Assembly (NCBI RefSeq): GCF_026210795.1
Contig: NC_089432.1
Location: 2,976,001-3,040,000 of the forward strand
DNA length: 64,000 nucleotides
Reading direction: 5' to 3'
DNA from: Rhizophagus irregularis
Lineage: Eukaryota
Under the pieces are notes generated by a model. It saw only the letters and a program-made list of their open reading frames with translations, did no database searches and was not told where the DNA came from. A program made the translations under genes and the position numbers. Shown here in pieces: positions 22,926 through 33,573 of this stretch (within the stretch, counting starts at the first letter, position 1; every line of letters starts with the position of its first letter).

Positions 22926-23439
22926 TACTGTCTTCTAAACTTATCTGGATATGCTCTATTCTCAATACCCATTGTTCAATTACTTATTTTTTCTGACGGG
23001 GGCGGGACGGGGTTGGTCTTACTGGCTTTATAGACCTTCTAGGGGCTTACCTGCTAACTTATCTGGTTTGCTATCTCACTGCTTCCAACAGATTATTAGA
23101 CGGAATCCTGACTTGTTCCAGATGTTCCGGATGTGGCAGATCTGGGGGGGGTAAAAATAAAACTTTTTCTGGGGGGATGTCCTCTCATATTTTTTCTGAA
23201 ACATCTGCCACATCTGCCACATCCGGGACAACCCTCTCATTATGTCCGTTATTCCTTCCTTTTCTATTGTTTTCTAGTTATTTGGTATATATATTTGTTC
23301 CATATGTTGTCCCAGATTGTGGCGGATATATGGGGATTCCTGATCCCCCGTAGGGGGGATATAGGTACTGCGAGGCCATGAGGCCGAGGTGGGTGGAGCG
23401 GTAGCGAGACCCACATCCAGCCCGACGACCTTGTCCATA

Positions 23440-24739
23440 TACCAGCCCCTCCACGAAATTGATTCGCCGCTACAGCCTGTATAGCGCCATTATTCAAAGC
23501 ATTAAAAGCAGCAAGATTGGCCACACCAGTATTATCCAGAGGATTTACACATTCCCAATTTTTTCCTTTGATATGTGTTTCATACCAATCTCTAGCATCA
23601 TCTTCAAGTAAAGTCTCAAAGATCCCATGAATCCTAACACAAGTTCTAGCATTAGCAGCAGGATCAAGTCCAGCAGACTCACACCATTGCCTGAATTCTT
23701 GAAGCCAAAGTTCTGGATCTTCACCAGATACTCCTCTAAATTTTTTAGGTGCATATCCTGCCATTATCGGTTGTTGTATTATCGGAGGGTTATTTTGTAA
23801 TGCTAGAATCTGTTGATTCAAATTATTGACCTGATTTTGCAAATTTTGACCATGATTGCGACAGTTTAAAAATTGCCCTCTCCATGCTCAAGCTTGCTGA
23901 ATGATACCATTAGCCCGCCTTCTACTTCACTCTGTTTCAGTATTATAGCGCTGTAATAATCTATGAGCATTTCTTCTACTCTCATCACGTTCTCTCTGGA
24001 CATTAGCTAGTTGGATTTGACTGTTAGCAAATTAAGCCTGGATGTTAGCCAATTGGATCTGAGTATTTTGTGAAAGGGCTTCCCAATGTTGGCGATGACG
24101 CACTTCATTTGCATATGCATCCTCATAAGTACGTCTTGTTCTCAGTATAGTAGCACGTGTATTATTAAGTTCTTGTCTAAGATATTCTTCACGGTTATGT
24201 GCATCATCTAACAAACCTTCAAGTCTATCCTCCATATTATCTTGATCTTCTATAATATTTCGCAACTCATTAGCATATCAGATAATGGCATCAAGACTAT
24301 CATTTGCAGTGTTAAATAAATGATTTATATGAGGGTGTGCTGCAATAGTTGTACGATCAAGGTGAATACGAATACCAGCTACACTATTTGCTATAGTTGT
24401 CTGATTATTTAAGATTTCTGTAATAGGGTCAGGAGGAATTGCTGCCATGTTTTTCTGTTGTCTATTAGCAAGTTCTTTTATTCGATCTTTGAGTTGAATA
24501 TTTAGAGTATCAACTTCAATCAGCTGACGTTCTAATGCTTGAAGCCCTTCCTTTTTTAGTGATGCCATTTCTAATGCTTTCTTAAGCTTTGCACGCAACT
24601 CAGCATTTTTTTGCCTAAGTTCTTCTATCTCAGATTCATGACCCTTGATTACACCATACAGGTATTTTATATATTGCTCTTGTGATTGCAATGTATGTGC
24701 AAGCTTTGTAATCTATGTCTTTAACGATGTATCTTCCAT
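23440..24739 (-). pseudogene. Second coiled-coil + Gag-like capsid gene, disrupted and 3'-truncated
   Basis: ORF fragments 24278-24691, 24032-24265 and 23264-23842 are separated by stops or frameshifts. APKKFRGVSGEDPELWLQEF and DWYETHIKGKNWE...ANLAAFNAL match EWFDREITGKNWE...ANLAAFVAL of Gag 1. Confidence 0.8.
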
Positions 24740-25785
24740 TGCCAGTTCCACAGATTTTTATAGACCCTACATTTAATAAACAAATCGAACAAAATTATAT
24801 CCTTCAACAAATCTATTAGCATCCATGTGGATATTATCGTACTTCTGAAAAACTTTGGGCTAAAGTGCAAGCTGAGGGCCATGATTTTAACATATCTGAT
24901 ATTACAGAGTGGTTGCATAAACAGGCTATATGGCAAATACACTCACCTATACCCAAGTATGTTCCACAGGTTTCTTTTAATAAGATTACTTGACCAAATA
25001 TGTATCATCAAGCAGATATCTTATATATGCCCTATGATACTGTAGATAGAAAGCTGTATAAATACTGTCTGAATATTGTAGATGTTGCTAGCCGATATAA
25101 AGCTTCAGTACCTCTAGAAGATCGCAGCTCTGCACGTGTTGCTAAGGCATTTAAAAAGATTTATGGTAAAGCAGACTGCCCGCTTATTTGGCCAAGAGTT
25201 TTACAAGTAGATGGGGAATCAGAATTTAAGGATGAAGTTATCCGATTAATGGATGAAAAAGGTGTGCGTAGTAGGGTAGGTACTACTCATAAGAGTCAGG
25301 CTATTGTTGAACGGTATAATCAAACTTTAGCAGAGAGACTTTTCAAAATACAGGATGCAAAGGAACTCCTTACAGAAGGTGTGAATACTGCCTGGGTTAA
25401 GAATCTTTCTGATATTGTGAATGAGTTAAATAATTCTAATACTCGTCTGCTAGGTATGTCTCCAGTTGAGGCAATCCAGAAAGATCAAGTGTATGCACTA
25501 CCTTCAAAAATTCGGAAGGATAGACCTGTAGGTGCAGAAGAAATACGTTTACCAGCTGGTTCTCTTGTGAGATACTTACTTGATAACTCAGATTACCAAG
25601 GTAGGAGACATGTAACTGATCCAATATGGTCTACTAAAGTTTATACAATTGAATCTTCCACAGTTGTTGATGGGCAGCCGGTTATATATAGGTTATCTGA
25701 TGTACCTAAAAAAATATTTACTCGAGAAGAATTATTAGTTGTGCCATCTGATACTATGCTGCCTCCTACTCATATATTATATTAA
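24715..25785 (+). pseudogene. Second Polinton-type rve integrase, no chromodomain, two in-frame stops
   Basis: Single frame from ATG 24715 with TAG 24817-24819 and TGA 24991-24993. Motifs HQADILYM, LQVDGESEF, IVERYNQT and FTREELL. Confidence 0.88.
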
Positions 25786-28700
25786 TTTTCAAGTTGTGGT
25801 ATCCTATAGTCTCCATGTGCATACATTGTGATATTATCTTGTGCAATCCATTTTTTATCATCCATAGGGGATAACCCCACCTTTGACATTTCTATAACAT
25901 TTATGGCATGTCTATCAGATCGGATTGCTTTAAAGGTGACTGTATCATTATGTTTAGGATCAAAGAGTGCCTTATTATACCGCTCATGGTGGAACTCTTT
26001 TTTAACTACCTTTGAGGGGACACCTTTAGCTTTACAGATACCATGTTTTGGATTGGTAGTCTCATCCTTTACCTTGAGAATGGAATACATTTTGGGACGG
26101 AGGCCAATAAATTCTGCTATAACTGCTCCATTACATTCATCCTTAAATTTCCCTGGGATTTTCATATTTATGTCAGTCTTATCACCTAATGCTTTTCGTA
26201 CAGGATGATCTTTAGGATAATCACTAAAGTCAAATTGGTCTGCCATATCTATGAGGTCTGCATTGATATCCTCAGTTTGGATTTGTACAAGAAGTGAGTC
26301 TGTATCTGTATAACATAAATGGATTTTTTTACCATATCGTACTTTAAGAGTATCATAGTAGAATTGATACATACAGAGCTTTGAGAGGTCAAGCACACTC
26401 ATACTCACATATGTTGGATGGTTAAGCATTACCTCCACTTTTTGTCGGTGGATTGCAACAAGATTTTCTGAGAATATTTTACGACCCTTGAATGCAGGAT
26501 CTAAGGTAAGCTTTTTATATTTCTTGGGATGGGTTTGGGGTTATACTACTGAGACACGTACACGTTTCCTGAGATTTTCCATAGTTTTACCAAATACACT
26601 ATTATTCATGAGTTTATAGAAGTCCTTCTCAAAATTATTCTTAGCCTTAGCACGTTCGGCGGTGTTAAATTCTATATATGGTTTCATCCATGGAGCCTGC
26701 TTGAATTTTATAGCTTCTTGATTACTAAGCCCTGGCTAACATAATACTGGAGATTTCTATAATGAACTACATATTCATCCTTATCAAATAGGTTAAGGAT
26801 GAGCTTATCTGTGGGTGTATATCGTTGTCCTGAGCGTGTTATTATTTCCTGCTGCTTTTTACTAAGCCATTCCTTCTTAACCTTCATTCGTTCTGGTGCA
26901 AGGGGGTAATCTGTGTGTTGTGAATGGAGGGCTTGGGGATATTCCAGTTTAACTTTAAGGATATATCCTTCAGAAGAATCGTCTGGTATTTCATTACTCT
27001 CTATTTGTTTTTGAATGTTAGATAACTCGTTTTTCTCCTTTACCCAGTGGAAGTTACCTGTAGGTAAGTATTGCAACATGGCCCATCTATATAGGTTATT
27101 TGCATCTAAGTATAGAATAGATGACTTGGACTTTTCTGCAGTCCATTTACCTTCTCCCATATCTGGGTTATTTGCACGAGCATATCGTTTACTTACCATA
27201 GAGATTCCACCACGTAATCCTTGTTCTACCATCATGTACATATCCTGGTCAGTTATAAGATCCAATCTTTGTCTTGTCATAAAGAATAATGCATCCCATG
27301 CAAAGCCTGGTGTTGAATAGTACCAGAGAGGATCTAACCCATATTTTTTCAAGGCCATTTCTCAGAAATTCTGAAATATATCGGCTAGTAGAAGGACGTC
27401 AGTTTTGAGATAAATGTCATGATAATTTTGCATTATTTTACATCCTGCTTTTTCCCATACATACTGTGCATATTCGTATTCTTTATCACTAATGTGGATT
27501 CATTAAGTTTGCTATAGAATGCTCCTTTAGGTGGTAAACTAGTTTTCTCGAACTTTTTCCAGTCATCCATATATTCATACGGGTAGACACTTTTCTTAAG
27601 ATAAATCTCGAGTAATTCAGGTGGTATTTGACTTCGTGTTATCTTAAAGTTTTCGGGATGTGCAAAGCATCTACCTGCATCAATTCACCATAAGTGTTGT
27701 GGATTACTACATTCTTGTGCTCTACATTTTTCTGCGCCTAGGTTGGATGCTAATTTGTCGAGACTTGATTTCATGAATTGTAAGCTGTCTATAAATCAAA
27801 GGGAACCTAACTTGAATGCCATATACTTTTCCATGTTATAAGGGATAGGATCGATATCATCCTCACATTCCATTGCACCAATTCCTTGCATAATTATATG
27901 TCCATCATATCCTGATAAATTGTGAAAGATTACTGGGATATGCATTTCACGAGGTTTTATGGATAAGTCAAGATTACATCCTCTATGTGCTGCACCTCGA
28001 TACCTTCCTGTAATATGGCAGTGGTCTCTTACTTTATTTCCATCTAAGGGGTTGCGACATATCCAGCAGTTTATTGCATTATCATAACTTACTTGCTCTT
28101 GGGTTGTTAATGGCATCATTTCCATTGGGTTTCTGAATTCATTACGGATTGCTTCAGCCTCATTTAGCATTTCGATTACAAATTTTTGTGCTGCATTTTT
28201 TCCTGTAAATATCTTCTGTGATTCACTTACACCATCATATCTTACCTTAATATATGAGTATGAGCAGGGGATTTGCTCTTGTACTTTCTTGGTTTTCTTA
28301 TCTTTGTCTTCATCTGTGGGTAGTATGTCCATTACTAGGGCTTCAAAGTCTGCAACAAAGTAATATGGGACTTGCATGTGGTGTTTCCAGTTCTTGAATT
28401 CATATATATCATTTCCTTTCTTTACTGATGGCATTCGGTCTGCTTGTGGGGTTTTCTTTAATCCTCGACATATTGCTACATATTTGTCATGGATTTCTTG
28501 TTGATGTGTGAAGTGGAAGATACATCATCGGCAGACAAATATTGCATGTCCATTTTTTGTACGTTTATTTACTAAACGGCTTATATTCTTAATCCAGCAA
28601 TAGTGCTGCTTTTCCCCATTACTGATAAGTACTAAATCTATTATTTTACAGCCCTCTGCATCATCCCTATCACACAGATCGAAATGCTAAAAATCGGCAA

Positions 28701-29860
28701 AAAAAATGGCGCAAAAAGCAGTGGCTATTCTTGGCTATTCTTGGCTGTTTTTGGCTATTTACAAATTAACCTATACTATTTGTAAATAGTTTATACAAAT
28801 TTGCGAATAGTTTATGTGATTTGCACCATTTTTTTTGCCTATTTTTGATCATTTGACGTGTGTCAGTAACATATATTGGACATAGGCGGTGATCACGCCA
28901 TTCACAGATGCAGAGGGCAATAGTTGGGTTCTGTCGCTCAAATCTTCTTAGAATTACCTCATCAGCTTGTACTGGAAATTCGATACCTTCAAAGTTTAAC
29001 TCATTTACATACTCCTTATACTTGGAGATTCTTTCTGCATTCTTTTCTACTGGATGTAATGCTGCTAGGATTGCCCACTGAAAGCATTTGTCATCATCAT
29101 TAGCTGGATTTACTACTCCCTTTTTCGTGGCAAGATCTTTTGGGAGTGGTATATATCCTGCTCCTGTGGGTGGTTGGAATTGCGAGATTTCTATAAATAT
29201 TTTTTCTACATGATAGAATTCCCAACCTGATCCGTAATTTACATAGTCTTCTACTTTTTGCATGATTCTTGCTAATGCAAAGTTAAATGTACCATTAATA
29301 TCTGTTGATGGTAGGATTGGCATATTGCGAGTTTTAAATGGTATGTTATATCTGTAGATATACTCTACTCCATCATCTTCACTAAAGTTACCATCTCCGA
29401 ATAATCCCTCAAGGTAAGAATCTAAACGTCTTATTGTGGCAAATATTCCAATTCTTACCTTTATTGATTCCAATCGATTTCTTTCATCCTGAAGAATATT
29501 CTGGATTGTTTGACTGTGTGCTGTAAGAAATGAAGCATAGTCATGCTCTTCAGGTGTTCCTATAGCAATATCAGCCGTAAAGTTTGAGTCTGTTAACTCC
29601 TTTCCTATACGTACCTGATCACGACGTTCAAAGACTACCTCATAATGTGGGTCTGGGTCAATTTGCATCATGTGGGTTATCTCTTCATTGGTTACCGCTG
29701 CTTGTGCTTCACGGATTTGGTGGATTTCATCCTCATATTTTTGCAATTTTGCATTTGAGCGGGGATATGGGATGGACTTGACAGGTACCTCCTTGAGTTC
29801 AGCTAGAACTGATCGGGTGACTTGTCTGTGTTGGGCACTTCTTGCTTGATGTGTTGACAT
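25782..29860 (-). pseudogene. Protein-primed family B DNA polymerase (pPolB), disrupted by stops, frameshifts and a MITE
   Basis: N-terminal GSGW and NDDDKCFQWA...HY region; ExoI VADFEA; endonuclease VII-like CWIC..VRDHCHITGRYRGAAHRGCN; ExoII FHNLSGYDGH; ExoIII KTDVLLLAD; PolA YLDANNLY; Pol[12 protein letters not shown]; PolC YTDTDS; KAKGV. Confidence 0.95.
28673..28862. mobile_element. CAC-ended MITE inserted in pPolB, 3-bp TSD TCA
   Basis: tca|cacagatcgaaatg...catttgacgtgtg|tca. Removing it restores PIYVTDRDDAEGCKIIDL. A sister copy lies inverted at 35311-35510. Confidence 0.9.
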
Positions 29861-30011
29861 CTTGTAAACTTTTTATACTCCTCTTTTATTCAATTAGATT
29901 TTTTCTGAAAATAAAATTAATTGTCTGCCTACTTTATGAGGGTAAAAAAAAGAGGGAGACAGATTAGTACTGTCTTCCTAAACTATTCCTCACCATCTGA
30001 GTCATCGGGAT

Positions 30012-30502
30012 TAGGGATGGCAACGGTCGGTCATGGTCGGTCATCGGTCGGTCATAACCGGTCAAAAACCTTTGACCGACCAACCGACCGTTTGACCGAC
30101 CGTTTGGCCGATCATTTTTTTTATATTTTCTCAGCGTTTTTATTAAGGAAATTGAAAAAACGTGCGAAAACGTTTTTTTTTATTAAATTATTAATAAAAA
30201 ACGTTTTCGCAACGTTTCTATTAAAATAATTAAAAAAACGTTGCGAAAACGTTTTATTTTAATTAAATTACTAATAAAAACGTTTTCGCAACGTTTTTTG
30301 TTAAAATAATTAAAACCGTTTGCGAAAAACGTTTTTTAAAATTAAATTATTAATAAAAAACATTTTCGTGACGTTTTTTATTAAATTTTTCATACAAAAA
30401 TTTGGTCGGTCAAACGGTCGGTCAGAAGTCTTGACTGACCGATATCGGTCACGGTCATGACCGGTCATAATCGGTTAATGACTGTGACCGTTGCCATCCC
30501 TA
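30012..30502. mobile_element. hAT-type MITE, 8-bp TSD ATCGGGAT
   Basis: atcgggat|TAGGGATGGCAACGGTC...GACCGTTGCCATCCCTA|atcgggat, with internal ggtc/gacc repeats. Confidence 0.92.
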
Positions 30503-30568
30503 ATCGGGATTGTCATCCGAGTCACTGAGCACATCCTCGTCCTGATGTATTCTCTATCCTTAAGTAAC

Positions 30569-30997
30569 TTATAGTTGTAAGCTACAACGGCGAATAGCTT
30601 CTTTTACCATAATATGCTCTACTGCGGCATTTGTTCTCTCTTTACAAGCCTTTTGATATGCCTCCCATTCAAATTCATGGAGGATACCCTCCTCCTCCAA
30701 TGATTGGCCAAGAGCATCATTTGCTTTTTCCTTCTTTTCTACTGCCCTGTCGTATGCCTCCTTGACTTTTTTATGCCACTTCCAGATTACTCGTTCAGCT
30801 TTAGCTCTCCAGATTGGGCTGACTTCTAGAAGATGTGTCCTGAAATTTCTACTTGGAATGTATTCCAGGATATGGCCCACAAGTTCGGGGATTACTGATA
30901 CTGCGTACGGGGTTTGGTGGCTTTTTAGGATCTCCCTATTAAGATCGGAGACTGTGCAGCCAAAGATTGATGCCAACTTTTCCACGGTATATGCCAT
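30569..30997 (-). CDS. Small F-box-like protein
   Basis: VIPELVGHILEYIP...LLEVSPIWR followed by a helical segment. Confidence 0.6.
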   Translation of the reverse strand: MAYTVEKLASIFGCTVSDLNREILKSHQTPYAVSVIPELVGHILEYIPSRNFRTHLLEVSPIWRAKAERVIWKWHKKVKEAYDRAVEKKEKANDALGQSLEEEGILHEFEWEAYQKACKERTNAAVEHIMVKEAIRRCSLQL

Positions 30998-31189
30998 GTT
31001 ATGTACTGTTTATCTGTATAGTTACTTGGTACCTACCTTTTATTTAATTACATTTTTTCTCGGTATAAGGGTAATTGCTTGCCTTGCTATTCCGCTCTAT
31101 TGACTCCATAGCTGGTTTCCTGAATGGGTTAATATTTCCTTACCTTTTTTGGCTCCGTTAGCTTTGAAATCCTATTTCTTGTTCGGTTG

Positions 31190-31502
31190 GGGGGTAAGTA
31201 GGTGAAAATATTAATGAACGATTTAGATTATGAAATAAGTAGGATATAAGTGAATTAGATTATGAGATAAGTAGGATATAAGTAAGTAAAAATATAAAAA
31301 AGGTGATATAAGTAGGTGAAAAATGTAAAAAGGTGACCAGGATTGGACCCACAGCCAGTGGAAGAGCAACGGGGATAGCAAAAAAAAGGTTGTCAGAATT
31401 GGACCCACAGCCGGTGGGAGAGCAACAAGGGAATAGCAAGAAAAAGGTAACCAGGATTGGACTCCGAGGAAAGTGAGCCAGAACTGGCATTTATATACTA
31501 CT
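31190..31502. repeat. Subterminal repeats and right terminus of the Polinton-like element
   Basis: Repeated (a)taagtagg(a/t) motifs, ~57-bp units with attggac at about 31342, 31398 and 31456, and terminal ACTACT. Confidence 0.7.
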
Positions 31503-31898
31503 GTTTTTGACCATAAATAGATCAGACAGAGGCTTGTCATGGGTTTTAATTGTATGGTATGGGATTTCAAGTTACACATTTTCAAATTATTTACATGGAG
31601 ACTATAAATCCAAACGTCAGACAAATTTTTTTAGTTATATAGATTTTTTTTTTTTAAATAATAAATTTCTTTTTAAAATAATAATTTACTAGTGAATAAA
31701 GCTTTACTATTTGGTTTCCTCTTTTAGATGGTTCTTATTATCTTATAACACAATGAATGAATCGAATGGCAGCTCCCCTGCTTCTCTGCTAATAAGTCAA
31801 TTTCTTGTTAATTATTATAATTATTAATGATTATTATAAATATTCAGCTGGTGTAACATGTTATGATGCAGCATCACAAGAAACATTTATACTACGAA

Positions 31899-32324
31899 TA
31901 GGGATGGGGTCGGTTCAATTATGTAATTTTGAGCAGTTTTTGGAACTGATCAAAATCTCGTGAGTTTCGAACTTATATGAGCCAAAAATCTTATTGGGAA
32001 TAGAGAAACACTAATATTTTTACAATAAATAAAAAAAAAGAAAATTTATAAGTCAAAACAATTTTTAATAGCTTTTAAAAATTGAACCGCATCAGTTCCG
32101 AACCGGTTCTAAAAACCGGTTCAAAATATGATCAACATCAAAATTATAATGATAATGAACCAACTATTGATTGTTAACCAATCAAAATTTTTTTAATTCA
32201 TAATCAATATATGTTCAACTTGTGTCTTTAATTTGACACATGTAGCTCATATTTTTTTTAATGGGAACTGACGTGGAACTGACGAGGAACTGAAATAAAA
32301 CCGAACGAACCGTCCCCATCCCTA
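31899..32324. mobile_element. hAT-type MITE in a Tnp2 exon
   Basis: actacgaa|TAGGGATGGGGTCGGTTC...GAACCGTCCCCATCCCTA|actacaaa (8-bp TSD with one mismatch). Confidence 0.85.
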
Positions 32325-33275
32325 ACTACAAAGCCATATCCTGTCATGTTCTGGTGATATTCCTGCCCTATCCAAAGTTATGTGCCTATCTGGCCATAAT
32401 GCTTACTATGGATGTCGTTTTTGTTATTTATGTGGAATATATTCCAGTACAGCTAAACATATTTATTTTCCACTGCAACCACCATGCGGATATGATGGAA
32501 CTAATTATGATCCAAACAATTTGCCAATGCGCTCTCACGCCAGCTATCTTCAAGATATTGAAGTAGTAGAAAATAGAGGTAGGAATAGAATAATGCATGA
32601 ACGAGGTAAACTTTGATACTTTGATTTGTATAATTATAGAATATTTATGAATTAATTAATAAAATATTTAATAATAGGTGTAAATGGTCGTAGCATCTTA
32701 TTGGAATTACAATCAATAGATTTTCCTGCATCATTTTCAATAGATATCATGCATGCACTTTTTGAAAATATAGCTCCACATATGTTTCGCCATTTTAATA
32801 GAAAGTTTTTTAACAATAAAGAACTTAATGATACTGATTATAAAATTTCATCTGACAGCTGTAATGAAATTACAAAAATAATTGAACAAAATCAAAAAAA
32901 CATGCCAATGGGATTTGGACGACCTCCTATTAATATTTTAAAACATCACTTTGCTTTTAAAGCAGAAGATTGGTACAATTGGATAGTTTTATATTCACTT
33001 CCACTTCTCCACAATTATTTGCCTACAAGGTATTATATTTTAAATTAATTGGTTATTTCAGTTATTATACAATATTAATTAATTTACTTTAAATTTTTAG
33101 ACATATAAATGGATGGGCAAGATTTATTAGGGTGACTCAATTGTGCCTTGAACCAACTATTTCTAGGCAAGAACTTGAAGAAATTCAATTAATTTTTATT
33201 AGATTCATTCATTACTATGAGAAGTAAGACCTTATTATATTATATTCCATCTTTTTTTCATTTGTTGATAAATAT

Positions 33276-33573
33276 AGGACCTTGGATATCTAATATAAAG
33301 GTCATAATGGACTTTTGGCCAAAAACACCCCTTTTTGCTGAAACTCAAAAAATCGTTTTTTGTAAATATCTCAGCATCCAGTAATTCAATTTTAATGAAT
33401 TTTTTTTTTATTTTGTAGCCCTCATTTAGCTCTACAATTTAAAAAAAAGTTCATCAACATTGGACCACTGGATGCCGAGATATTTACAAAAAATGATTTT
33501 TTGAGCCCCTGAAAAATGGGCCAATCTGCCGAAAGTGTGACTTATGACCTGTTTTGGAGATATCCGGGGTCCT
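33276..33573. mobile_element. MITE in a Tnp2 intron
   Basis: ataaatat|aggaccttggatatct...agatatccggggtcct|ataaatat, plus an internal inverted repeat. Confidence 0.75.

Larger units (their letters stand above)
15081..31502. mobile_element. Polinton/Maverick-like element (left end lost) carrying Gag-like capsid and aspartyl protease genes
   Basis: Compact, intronless, higher-GC block with pPolB, A32-like ATPase, two rve integrases and a DUF5679-like ORF. It ends in ...ttatatACTACT at 31502 (5'-AGTAGT on the minus strand, typical of Polintons) after subterminal repeats. Confidence 0.85.

Noticed and set aside
28766..28865. C-terminus RQMIKNRQKKWCKS... of ORF 28766-29860 as a separate protein
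   Set aside because: It is read-through into the inserted MITE; the true frame continues as pPolB.
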